Below, piece after piece: positions 27,261 to 39,320 of a DNA stretch of 64,000 nt (its first letter is position 1; each line of letters opens with the position of its first letter). The position numbers were made by a program, and so were the translations under genes. Under the pieces are notes generated by a model that saw nothing but the letters and a program-made list of their open reading frames with translations, had not been told where the DNA came from and did not search any database. Source of the DNA: Dimorphilus gyrociliatus (Eukaryota; Animalia; Annelida); assembly GCA_904063045.1 (NCBI GenBank), contig CAJFCJ010000030.1:1-64000 (forward strand), given 5' to 3'.

Positions 27261-27670
27261 ACATTATTAATCCTAATAACTTCAATAAAATTTCTATAAA
27301 TTTTCTAATGTTTTCAGTTGAGAGAAGCAAAATAGAAGAAGGCAGATAGAAACCACAAGCATTCTACTTATAAAGTTTAATAAAGTTAGTCAATCCTCTA
27401 AACAATACTTATTGCTTTTGTACAGAAAAATTCTAATTGTGTTGATAGGATTTGCTAACCCGTCTCCAAAGCTTCAGAGTTATAATATTTTCATTACATT
27501 TATAATCAATAATACGATATTTTTAAACTATAAACTATTTAAATGTTATTGTCAAATGTAACAAAGGGCTTCTTCAATGTTCACTATTGTTCCATATTAC
27601 AATGAATTAATAAACAAAACTTAAACTTTCATAAATTGAGTGATGTTTTAAAATCTACATGTCTTCCTGA

Positions 27671-28681
27671 ATGACATTTGGCATAGCAAAAACAACTTCA
27701 AAGACTATGCTTGCTCTTCTACTAGTCTCGTTTACTCTCCTTTCCTGTATTCAAGCAAATGTATTTTATGGTTGCGAAGCTGCTTTAAGAGTTAACCGTC
27801 GTTCAGGAAATTACCAAATTCGAGGGAAAAAGGACGGTGGAATTGCAGAAGCTAAATGTAGGGTTGAAAAATCAAACATAGTAACGGAAATCTATCCTAA
27901 AGCAATTCCGAATACTTTTGTTTCTGGATATCAGGATGCATTCTCGTATGAATTTAAGGTAGATTACGGAAATTTCACCAACAGCGATATGACGGATTTT
28001 CTGAAATCAGTTAATTACAATTGCTATCAAAAATTCAATTACACAGAAGCGAATAGTTATTGGGCTAACAATAAATTTAAATTTTGGGATAATTCAATTT
28101 TTTTGCTGAACGATGCGATCTCAGATGGAATATGCCAATGTGTAATTAGTGACGTTTGCGAAAAGTCTGGAAGTTCACTTTCTAGCTGTAAATCATTATC
28201 TCCTTACACCGACACAGCAGAATATACTGATTTTGGTAAATTTGCTGTTAAAAAGGAAAAGCTACCATTAAAAAAAGTATATTTTGGCGATACAGATAGT
28301 AAAGCAGAATATATATACTATACTGTTCATAACCTCGTTTGCTCTACAACCTCACAACCAAAAGTGAATACATTATATCCTCAATCATGTCTATTAAAAG
28401 TTGAAGACAAACTTTTTGACTTTAATAACAATACATGCTTTGACATTGTTAACAATCTAACAGTAATAAGCTTTGAATTCCTTATGGAAGTACAGGAAAT
28501 ATTAATAACGATAGAAAATGGTGAATGTTCTGATATAACTGTATTTCTTGAGAAGACACTAACAAGTCAATCTTATATAAAGCCCTGTAGATATTTTGTT
28601 AAAACTTCAGCTTCAACTTTAACCTTAATAGTTGAAAAAGTAGGTCTTCAGTTATGCGAAATGGAATACATATATAAATGA
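27671..28681 (+). CDS. Secreted single-exon CASPR-type fibrinogen-like-domain protein, 336 aa (paralog B; start may be Met at 27707)
   Basis: Signal peptide MLALLLVSFTLLSCIQA. Motifs CEAA...SGNYQI, CYQKFNY, CQCVISDVC, YTDFGKFAVKKEKLPLKKVYFGDTD...EYIYYTVHNLVC, LFDFNNNTC, LCEMEY. Confidence 0.8.
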   Translation: MTFGIAKTTSKTMLALLLVSFTLLSCIQANVFYGCEAALRVNRRSGNYQIRGKKDGGIAEAKCRVEKSNIVTEIYPKAIPNTFVSGYQDAFSYEFKVDYGNFTNSDMTDFLKSVNYNCYQKFNYTEANSYWANNKFKFWDNSIFLLNDAISDGICQCVISDVCEKSGSSLSSCKSLSPYTDTAEYTDFGKFAVKKEKLPLKKVYFGDTDSKAEYIYYTVHNLVCSTTSQPKVNTLYPQSCLLKVEDKLFDFNNNTCFDIVNNLTVISFEFLMEVQEILITIENGECSDITVFLEKTLTSQSYIKPCRYFVKTSASTLTLIVEKVGLQLCEMEYIYK

Positions 28682-29051
28682 GATTTTCTGATAGTATTAA
28701 CTAACTTCATATTTGATTATTTGTAATTTATATCTGGTTAAGCTAACTGAATAAAATAGATTTGATATTTATTTCTTATAAATAAGCAGCATTATTTTAG
28801 AAAACAAGAAAAATTTTGATAATAAATGTGAAAGAAATAAAAAAGAAATTATTAAAATTTTGTACAGAGTTCTTTCATTATGAAAATGAATTATAATGAT
28901 AAAGAAGTCTGTTAATCTTCCATGCCTGAAATAAAATTTTTATCCTTGCTTTCAATATCTTTCTTTGTTATTTGTTAATTTATTAAATCCTAACCTGTTT
29001 TATGGAGAATAAAATGATAGTCTAGGTAGAATGTGATAATAATAATATTAA

Positions 29052-29065
29052 ACAATAGATGGCGT
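29052..29065 (+). promoter_or_regulatory. CTCF-like motif ACAATAGATGGCGT
   Basis: Partial match to the CTCF core, downstream of the paralog cluster. Confidence 0.4.
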
Positions 29066-31446
29066 ACTCTAGGTAACTTTCTTTATAATGTATTTATAAA
29101 AAGCGAAAGATTGTCAAAATTCTATCAACTTCAAATGACAGTATCTACCTTTCGTGGACTGGTCATAATAGTTTCTATTTACATATTTTTTATTTTTTAT
29201 TTGAATATTTAAATAGTTTATTGTTTCTTTAATCTAAATCCATTTTTTCATAAATCATGATTGCAATTCTAGTCGGAGATGTGTGTAGCTTTTTCATCTC
29301 TCCCTTTTATTTCTTATTAAACTTTTCAATAATTTTTTCAATTGTCTCCCATAATTTTCAGCAGGTTTCAATTCTCTAAAAAAGACAAGTCAGAAGAGTA
29401 GTAGAACAGTCAAATCTATTGTATTAAAACTCCACTTGATGATCTTTGCCTGGTGGCAAGACGAATATGTATCCAATTAGCATTTTCTCAGCAATAAATA
29501 GTAAAATCTCGTTTTGTAAGAGATTCAAGTACCACATCTTTGTGTTTTTTCGGTATTCTTCATATAAATAAGGTACCATCGAGAAGTAAGGCATTTTTTA
29601 TGTCTTCGTATAAAATAAACATATTTTTTTAATTAATTGAAAGAGTAAAAAAAGTAAAAAGCGCTAAAAATAGGTTTTGCACGAAACCATTCATCCGCCA
29701 CCGATTAAATGTTTCTTTACATGTATTGCAGTAATAAATATCGGATCCTACTTTGTTTTCTCCAACAAAGAGTCAAGTTGTTTTGAATTTTTAGACATTA
29801 AAAGTATATCGCATACTTTCCTCATGTTTATAGTTACATGGTTCATGGAAAATAGCACTCTTACTTATCAAATTGCCTTGGGTAGAGAAAATTAATCCGG
29901 AATAATCTTTCGTATCACTAAGCATGAATTTCTTGCATCAGTGAAATAGGCATGCTTTCCTCAACAACATCCATACTTTGTTACAAAGATTTCAATAGAT
30001 AAATCACACATATGTTTGTATGCAGTAAATTTTGCTGTAAATAGAAATATATGATAATTTAAATCTTTATCAAAAAGTATTAAATATAATTTATTATAAA
30101 AGTTACGTAATGTAAATATTATAGAGAAAATATCTTGACAAAAACTGTGCTTTCATCATAAAATTCAGTCTGTCAAACTGTTACACAAATGCAAAACATC
30201 AATCAATTAGCATAGTTTTCTTTTTCATTTGCTTGTCAAACTCTTATTTGATAAATCTTATCACTTTCCTTTATTTTATGTTTTTTTTTTGTAGGATAAC
30301 TAGATAAATTTATAGATACATTATCAATTAAATAGGTTTTTTCCAAGTAATCTAGATAATCTAGAATGAATTATAGATTAATGTTAATTGTTACAGATTC
30401 CTTAGAATATGTAACATATAATTAATGTATTTTTTTATTATCAAATTTTCCCTCTACGCCCTATGAAAGTTATAATTCATTTTTATGTATTTGATTGTAA
30501 TTGGTTGTATTTCTTTTCGGTAACAATGCCTAATAATTTTCTATTCATTGATAATAATACGCTTTTGTAGGGTTTCCCAATGTTAACTCTCCTTCTTCAA
30601 TATCAACCATTCTTTTAGACGCTACTAGAAGAATAAACACTATTTAAGTACAATATAACCTAAAGATAACTTTGATACTGTATTAAAAAGAGAAAAGTAG
30701 AGATAAAGTGAAAATTATCAACTAAGACAAGAAAGAACTTAACTGTATGTATGGTCTATGTATTGATTATAACAATTTCCATTTTGTTTCTTTTTCATTG
30801 GCAAAAAACATAATTCAATTCGTTTGATTGACACAGCATGATTATTCTTATTAATTTTTTGATAAATACCTATATCTTGCTTATAATAAATCAATACAAG
30901 TGTTTGTAAATTTCAAAATATAAGAAATCAAAAGAAAACCAGATTTCCTCTTCTAGACTAAATAAATATGATAGAATAGATTTACTATATCTATATTTCT
31001 ATTTTTGATTTTCTATTTCTTTCGTCCCGTTTCTTTTCCTTCCTGTAGCTATATTTTTATTTCCTTTTTTGTTTTGTTTCGCAAATTAATGAAAAAAACA
31101 CCCAGGAAGTTAAGTATCACACACCTAAATTATTAAGTCTTATCATAAAGGAAAAACTAATTAATGCAATGGTTATTTAGCTTGTTTTTTTTTTATTGAA
31201 ATGAAATCTAAAGTCAGCATTCTCTTTAATCAATATAATACTATTTACGTATTCTTTTTCTCCTTCATTATCAGATTAGATTCTCTCTTTAATTGAAAGT
31301 ACTACTAAAATCTGGTTATATAGGTATAATCATATATATATATAATTAATATGTTGATGAAGTAACGTTCCTGATATCATAGAATATTAGTCATAAAGTA
31401 ATAAAATTCATATTTTATACATAGTCTCACGCTAGAACATAAGTAC

Positions 31447-31487
<41 letters not shown>

Positions 31488-32247
31488 CTGTAAATTATAC
31501 TGAATATAGCATATTCAGCCACATTTTATTAAATAACATATAGCAGTTAATCAAAGTCAATTTGAATTATTTATGTATTTATTGTGTTTTTATATTCATA
31601 TTGAAGGTCTTATTTTTTTTTCTATGAAATATTAGCTTTTTAAACAGAACTATAATATTTTATGGCGAATAATGGTACACAAACATTTATTCATTGTATA
31701 TTTTATATATATATATATATACTGTATATTTCTCTCATGAATATTAATGAGAAAAAAGTAAGACAATTATGCAAAACAGCTGAGAAGCTAAAACAAAGGT
31801 AATAAATATTCTTCTGTTAATTATTAATTTGATAAAAATAGAAAAGATATGATTACTGTTCTGTGTTAGTTTTCTAAAATACCTTAATAATTTCAGCTTG
31901 TTTTACATCTCTATAGTTTGCTTCTTCTTTCTCTCTCTCCCCCTCTCCCTCTCACAGTCTTTGTTCTATCATTTAATTTAAAAATCTCCAAAATAAAAAT
32001 ATTTTAATTTAAAATAGGCCTTAGATCATTGTAAATTTTGCAAAGAAAAAAGAACTTAAGGTCTAAGCGATACAGCAAATAAAAGAAATTTGCATAATAT
32101 ACTTAGTTAATGTAAAAAAAATAATAAATTTTTTTAATGAAAGTTTTTAGCTAATAATAATATTTTCTTTTTAAATGTCTTTTTTATAATTAATCTATTT
32201 TCATTGGTAAATTTTAACATAAATAACAATAGAATTTAAACGGATAT

Positions 32248-32313
32248 AAGATGGCGCTGTTTTGTAGGAAATCTTCAGAAAAAGAGACGATAACTTGCAA
32301 ATTCAAGATGGCG
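32248..32313 (+). promoter_or_regulatory. Two YY1-like AAGATGGCG motifs, the second overlapping the predicted start codon
   Basis: AAGATGGCG at 32248-32256 and 32305-32313. YY1 motifs are known to lie near the TSS and start codon of housekeeping genes. Confidence 0.5.
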
Positions 32314-35300
32314 ACTGGCCAGGAATCAGGTTAATTTTGTGAATTTTTTACTTCTTTGCCATTATTTTTAGGTGTTATTGCTATAAATAATTACTAAAAG
32401 ACAACTAAGGATGTAGTTTTAGTGTCCATGGGTACTCGTTGCAGTTAAATACAAAAAAGTTATTGTTCAAGTCATCATCTTTGTTCTAGATCTGTAATGA
32501 AAACATTTATAAAGTATTAGTTTTTCATCAATTTCTATGTGAAACAGCTGGCGGCTATTATGTTCCTTGGTATCAGCCACCTGAAGTTAGTCAGCATATG
32601 TTCACGTATGGCAATTACGCAACATCGTTGGCTTCCTCAAGAACGCTTACTCAAGTTAATACCCAACCAGCTGATTTATCAAGAACGAATACACAAAATA
32701 TTATAACTAATGTTTCGATCAACAATTCAAATGCGGTTTGTACCACTTAATAATAGAATTATACCTAAAAATATTTGATTCCTTCTCTAATCTTTCATAG
32801 CAATATCCACACATCGCCAGTACCGCTCAATCGGAAGCGGTTGTTAATCTAACAGCAGTTCAACATAATCAAGATACAAATAATGCCTGGCATCCTTATA
32901 CCCCTCAAACGCCTCTCCTTACACCGTCCGTTAATGCCATCAACTGCTCTGAATTAACAACTATAAATAAAGCAGCTCTTGAGCTGACTCAGGAAAAACA
33001 TGTGCCCATTTCACAAGCGAACCCTGTTGTCTGTTGTGCTTTACCGACTGACTGTTCGCCGAAAAAGTCAGTTAAGCCCCTAAGAGATAATCAACCACTA
33101 CAAGCCGTCCAGACACAACTTTTGTTTTGTTCTTCTTCAGAAGATACTACGGGATTGGATGCTATCGTAAAAGTCGCCTTCAACCAATCCTCATCTAGCA
33201 CATGTACTCCTACTGTATCAACAACAGTTATACCAACTCCGGCTGCAGTTGGTACAAAGTATGATCAAAGTAGTAGTCAGATAGATAACTCAACAAAAAA
33301 TGGTAAGAGGCGTAAAACAACTAAACAAGCTGTTGGTGAATTAAACTGGAAGAGAAATCAGCGAAAGATTCTTAGGAATAGCGGTAAGGCCTATACGAAT
33401 ACTTCTGGCAAGTTAGTGACCGAGAAAAAATTTGCTGAATACGATTGCCGATGTCCGTTAAAATGCGCAGAAAATATACCACTTTCGAAAAGGAAAGCTG
33501 TTTTTGATTCTTTCTGGAATTTAGGTGATTGGGCTAAACAAACTAGTTTTATTCACAGTAATATCGAAGTTATCCAAAAGAAAAGAGCGTATAAAAAAAC
33601 GGAATCCAGGCGAAAATATACAAGAATCTTTAAATTATGTGAAGTAAGAATTTGTAAGAAGATGTTTACTCAAACTTTATCCATTAGTGATTCAAGATTA
33701 CATAGAGCTATTGCTCATAAACGACCTGGGGTTCATCGACTCCCAAAATCTGATTTAAGAGGGAGACATCAGCCTCATAATAAACTGCCTGAAAATATTA
33801 TCGAATCCATAAGAGAACATATTAGAGAACTACCCAGGAATATGGTCAGGGAGGTTCGCCAACAATTACAAGCTGCTACAAAAAAAGTACCCAATACAAG
33901 TGAAATGACAGTTACCCGTTTATACTCCAATTATAAGGCATTCTGCGAGCAACGAGGAATTGCGCCTGCCAAACAATGGATGTATAGGCATACTTTTCAT
34001 ATGGTTGTTGACCCAAGACATATAAATAAATGTACAAGATGTCAGGTTGAACAAAAACGGAAGCTGCGAGAACAAGAAAAACAATGCGCTCAACTACCGG
34101 AATTTGCTGGCCTTATACAAAACACAACTATAGTTTGTAATAAAAACGATGAAGAATCTGCTCAGCCATTAGACTTAACTCATGCTAGCCCTGACGATCT
34201 GATTACTCAAACTATACCCCTATTAGATCAACAACAAGCTTATTCACTACCGGGAACGATACCCTCCACAATGCCAGAACCGGTTCAACCTTTCGCTCAA
34301 ATTCAACCAAATGAAGTAGGTAATCCCAATGCAGGGATATTGTCAGTAGATCTCTTGGCTGAAAATGGTCATGAAATCAAATCAAAGAATAAGAAAGAGT
34401 GTAAGGAAGACAAAGAGAAAATGGAATTTCTGAGAAATATTTTCCAGGATAAAAAGAACAAGCGAAAACTGCTTAGAAATATCGGTGCTTCTTATGTTAA
34501 TTCAGCCGGTCGACTGATCGCCGGCAAGCAATTTAACGAAAATTTCAATTGCAATTGTCCTTTGCATTGCTCGAATAAACTGGACAACGAAGACCGACGA
34601 AGAATATTTGAAGAATATTGGCAACTAGGGGACTGGGACAAGCAAACGGCTTTTCTTCACGAGTCAATTGAAGTAACAAACATCAAACGAAAACAGAAGA
34701 AACCTGATTCAAGGAGAAAGCATACTAGAGTCTTTCGACTATGTGGAGTTAAAGTATGCAAAATGATGTTTATTAATACTTTAGGGATCACCAGTGCTAG
34801 AGTAAATAGAGCCGTTGACCACAAAATACCTGGTGTCGAGGCGGAACCAAAGAGAGATCAAAGAGGTCAACATGCACCTCACAACAAAACAGATCCAGCA
34901 GTTATTCTACATATTCGCAGACATATTCAATGCATTGGAGCTAGCTCTGGAATGGACACGTCGCGAATGTATCAATTATATTATACTGATTGTGAAAAAA
35001 TGAATGTTAAAGCTGCCAAACTATGGATGTATCGCCAAATTTTGAATACTGAATTTCGTGTTGAAAGACAAGCTTACTTAGATGCTCAAAAAGAAGGGAA
35101 ACGCAAAAAGAATGAAGAGGAGGCAATGAGGAACCAAGGAATGACTTCACTACAGTCACAAACACCAAACTACACTCAACAGCATCTCATGCCTTCGAAT
35201 GAACAGCAACAATTCTCTACGAATGCCATTCAACAGCAATCACTCCAGTCGATAGACGGCGTTCAGGTTGTCGTCGACAATAGAATGCCGCAAGAGGTTA

Positions 35301-35464
35301 TTATACCTCAGCAGCGGCAGTTCGAACAGCAGCCGGCTATTGTCGACGCTAACGGCCAACAGCTTAACTATTTCCTACTCTGCACAGCTCCTATTGACGG
35401 ACAGCAGCAAGTTCAACCTCAAGCGAATGAAATTCTTCAAACAGTAGTCCCCTTACATCATTAA
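32308..35464 (+). CDS. Nuclear protein with two transposase-derived Cys-rich DNA-binding repeats and Q/P/T-rich low-complexity regions, about 957 aa, 3 exons
   Basis: Exons 32308-32329, 32548-32735, 32801-35464 join in frame with the 820-aa ORF. Internal repeats at about 33347-33997 and 34451-35060 share RK.LRN.G..Y.N..G, C.CPL.C, F..(F/Y)W.LGDW.KQT.F, CKxMF..TL.I...R, D.RG.H.PHNK and WMYR. No DDE/DDD catalytic core seen. Confidence 0.8.
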
Positions 35465-35959
35465 AAAAAAAACTGAAACTAGTCACAGAAAATTTGTAAG
35501 TAGAGAATTTTCTTTACCAATACTGAAAAAAGATGCATGCCTTTACAGACTCGGTCGATTCTCTTTAAAAATAACTTCAATAAAAATCACTTTGTAATAA
35601 TAAAAAAGTATTTTTTTTCTTTTTTGTTATTTTTTTTAAGAAGTTTTATATTAATATACATTCTTCGTTCAATCTCGTCTTTTCTTTATCAGATTAAGAC
35701 ACTTTATAAAATTGAGTTGTTGTTGTTAATAGGATTGGATTCGAGAATAGCATTCTCTTTTCTCTGTAATGAAGTATTCTTAGTTTGAATTCATTTAAAT
35801 CTCTTCAATTCGTTTGATAAGAATTACGTAAAGTATTAAGCGGAAGTTGGGAAACTTCTTACTATTTGACATAATTTAACAATATAAATATAAACTGTAT
35901 CAAATATATTCTATAACGAACTTTGGAAAAAAAAAGCCGTTTATTACTACCTTCATCAA

Positions 35960-35973
35960 ACGCTAGATGGCAC
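35960..35973 (+). promoter_or_regulatory. CTCF-like motif ACGCTAGATGGCAC
   Basis: Matches the CTCF core and is identical over 15 nt to the site at 6333. Confidence 0.55.
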
Positions 35974-36560
35974 GTCCATCTCCGTAATGTAACAATCTTA
36001 CAATGTAATAGTTCAAGTATTCTAGGAAATTTCTAAGCAAGAATACAAAAACCAGATACAAAGATTTCTGATTATTTTGAGAATAGAAAATAGAACAAAG
36101 GGAAGAGAGAAAGAATAATGAAATACTGTTATTGCTTTAAAATTCGTTTAATAGAAAAAATAGGGAGTGGTCCCTTATTTAATTTCGGTTTTGATTTCGG
36201 ATATTAAACCCCCTTTTGTCTTCGTTATTTAAATACATTGAGGAATAAATTAAATTGAAAGAGAAATTACCGCGTCCAAGTTCATTAGAATTTAGAATTG
36301 TAATTGAACGCCGATTGTCCTGGGAAAGCGGAAATTATAGTCGTCATCTAAAATCCGCTAAATCGTTTTTGCCGAGTGCTTAAGTGATAAAAATTCGGAG
36401 TAATTGGCGACTAATTTAAAGGTCGTAGTAACGTTAACTTTTCAAAGACAATATTACCTTTATAATAAATGATATTTAATTATTTCCGTTAGAACAGATG
36501 CGTTATCTATATTCTGTATATAAATGATGTAGAATCGTTTTAACTACGCCTTTCGGGATC

Positions 36561-37126
36561 ATGAAGTTCCTGGTGTTGTTTGCTATAATTTTTATGTATT
36601 TTAGTCAAGTCCAAGGATTTTCAATTCGGGTAAAGTCTATTTAATAACAAAAATAAGATGATCTTTTACAATCCACTCTATTTTTAGGAAGTCCTGTCAA
36701 GGAAAGACAGCGAAATGAAACGAGATAATGGTAATAAGAATTCCTCAAAACCTGGATGGATCTATAGTAAAATTTAATTATAAAAACTTTTATTACTCGT
36801 GAGAGAAACTCTAATGCTAAATTCTTTCCTCTTTTTTCCTCTATTAACAAGTGATGGGCCATCCAACAACTAAAAGAACAGACGATACCGACGCAGAAAA
36901 GGATATTGAAGGAAAACAACTTCTTCAAGACTTCCTAACCTTCCTTACTTTAAAAAGTAAGCTTTTTAAAATAAAGGAAAAAAAATCATTTAAAAAATAT
37001 TTAAATGAATTAATTAAAAAATAGGAGAAAGAGTGAAAGCTAAAGAATTTTATTACAGAATTTAACCTTTTCCAAACAGATACAGGCCTATTGGATCCTT
37101 GCATGCCAAAACAACCGAATTCTTAA
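36561..37126 (+). CDS. Small secreted neuropeptide precursor with galanin/GMAP-like features, about 99 aa, 4 exons
   Basis: Exons 36561-36629, 36688-36766 (alternative donor after 36730), 36852-36956, 37080-37126. Product: MKFLVLFAIIFMYFSQVQG-FSIREVLSRKDSEM-KR-DNGNKNSSKPGWIYMMGHPTT-KR-TDDTDAEKDIEGKQLLQDFLTFLTLKNTGLLDPCMPKQPNS. Signal peptide and dibasic sites flank one peptide. Absent from the ORF track because the exons are short. Confidence 0.7.
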
Positions 37127-37498
37127 AGGAAAATAAACTTTTTTTTTCAACTATGTGTCCTGTGTAGGCTGATAGAATCTGCAAAATAAATATGTATATA
37201 CATATATACATATATATATATCTACTGTATATATTATATATGTACTAATATATATTTATATTACATCTAATATAAATGTTCAAGTTAAAACGAACATAAT
37301 TATCTTATATAGTTTAGAAATAGGTTAAAAAAAAATAACAAACAAACAAACAGCTTTAATCTTGACGACGTTACGATTCTTTTAAAAGGATTTTAAGAAA
37401 AAGTAAAATTTAAAAAAAGATCTATTTGGGTCCAAAAGTTTCTCTTCTCTCCTTCTACGATCTTCTTGTCATTTTTCTTCATCGGTACATAATTAACA

Positions 37499-39320
37499 AT
37501 GAGATTTAAGACTTTACGATTTCTTCCAATACTATCTATTATAATGATCGTTTGGATATCGAATATATTGAGTTCTAGACCTGAATCAAATAGGGATAAA
37601 TCTATAAAGTGGGCATTATACTACTTCGATAATATTTCTTCAACACCGGCAGCTGAACTAACGAAAGAGCTACCAGAGCCAGATAAATTAGGCAGATACA
37701 GTTACGTACCAATAGAATATAGGTTAGATACGTAATTAACTAATTGAAAAATTCGTTACTTTTGTAGAGGAAACCGTAAAAATTAGTTGTAAAAATAAAT
37801 AGTCTTCTTTGTATTAGATGCTTTTGTAATATAACGAAAAGGAAATTCTCTATTGAATGCCAAAGTCATCCTGATTATGCAAGAGGTTTTAGATGGCTTT
37901 GTAGACCTAACTTAAATTTACTTAGAAAGAAAGAGATGCATATTTCGTGCACTTCTAACAGAAATCAATCTTCTTTATTCGACATACGTCTCTTTAAGGG
38001 TCTAAGCTTTAATATAGACATTGGATACTGGGTTAAGAGTAGATTTTGGATTCACGATTGCTCTAGGAATACTATAGTAATAAACGGTAGAATGAGAAGA
38101 GGTCCAAATAACGAACCACCAATTATTTATCTTAAAAATACCTATTGGCCACCATGCGGTCCATTAACAAACCACGAATTAGACGTAAGCAATAATAATA
38201 TTACGCAATCTTTGTTTTAATCAACAACTGTGTAATAATCTTCTTCTTTTTATATAACCCTAAAGATTTCTTACGAAACAACTTCCAACTTTGCAAGATA
38301 TGTTGAAACTATGATGGTAAATACTGCAGACATTTACAAGGTCGAATTGGAAAGGTTATTCTCTTATTCTTACTGCCATGATGATCTTAAACCAAAATTT
38401 CAATACATTCGAAAGATTTTTATAGAATCTCAAGAAAATTTCAAAAAAGTCTTCCTCTTTATCATTTCAGATAAAACGGTTGAAAGTAATAAAACTATAA
38501 ATAAATCTTATTTAAATTGGGATAAAGTTGAATTAATTAGAATTTACGGCGTTTTATCATTGGAAGCTAATCATTTAAATGATGAATATTTCATTTCGAA
38601 AATTACTAATAAAGTAATCTGTCAGCGTCTAATTTACAATAGGGACGACTGTACGAATAAGGTCTTTATATAATCAGCCTAATTAAGGGGTTTATATTCA
38701 ATTATCTCATTTCTATTTTTAGATTATTAACCTTCTAATCGAAAAAAGTTCGCCTGTTGTACACTCTGCAACATTTGGTTATATAACATGGTGTCAAGAT
38801 AATACTGGATGGTTAATGTATCGTTACGTGTTTGTTGAGTATACATATGTAGAGTTTCAAAGGAGAATGGAATGTTGTGCTAAATCCTGCAGAGTAAGAA
38901 TGGGTAAAGGTAGATTCGAAGATGGATTTTGTAATAAAGTTAGAATTAGGTCAATTTATGAACGTAGATTAAAAATGATCTATAGTAAGGTGAAATTTTC
39001 TCAAAGAGCTTGCGAATACGTTGGCGATTGCAGTAGTTGGTGGAGTGTGTAAGTATATATTTCTTAACAGCAGCAAACTTTTTCAGTATGCACAAAGCGT
39101 TTCTAATGAAAAAAGAAGGAATAAAAAGTGTTTTTTTTTATTTCTTTGCAGCAGGGATACAGTCGTTGCTAGAGACGCCCTTAGTGCTCACCTTGATGCC
39201 AATAGACGAAGAAGGTCAGAGAAGGGGATTTTTTTTAGTTGTGCAACAAGATCAATATTATCTATCTATATATTAATAATGCTACTTGAAATTATAATAT
39301 GTAATTTTACAGTTTTATAA
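37499..39320 (+). CDS. Uncharacterised Cys-rich cell-surface/secreted protein with N-terminal signal/anchor and hydrophobic C-terminal tail, about 493 aa, 5 exons
   Basis: Exons 37499-37722, 37818-38184, 38266-38661, 38723-39048, 39152-39320 link five ORF-track ORFs in frame. The donor at 38662 (GTCTTT) is weak, so exons 4-5 could belong to a separate model. Confidence 0.6.

Noticed and set aside
29280-30040. Possible decayed coding sequence on the minus strand (GSDIITAIHVKKHLIGGG, EDIKNALLLDGTLF)
   Set aside because: Many stops and no motif I can assign. A translated search would be needed.
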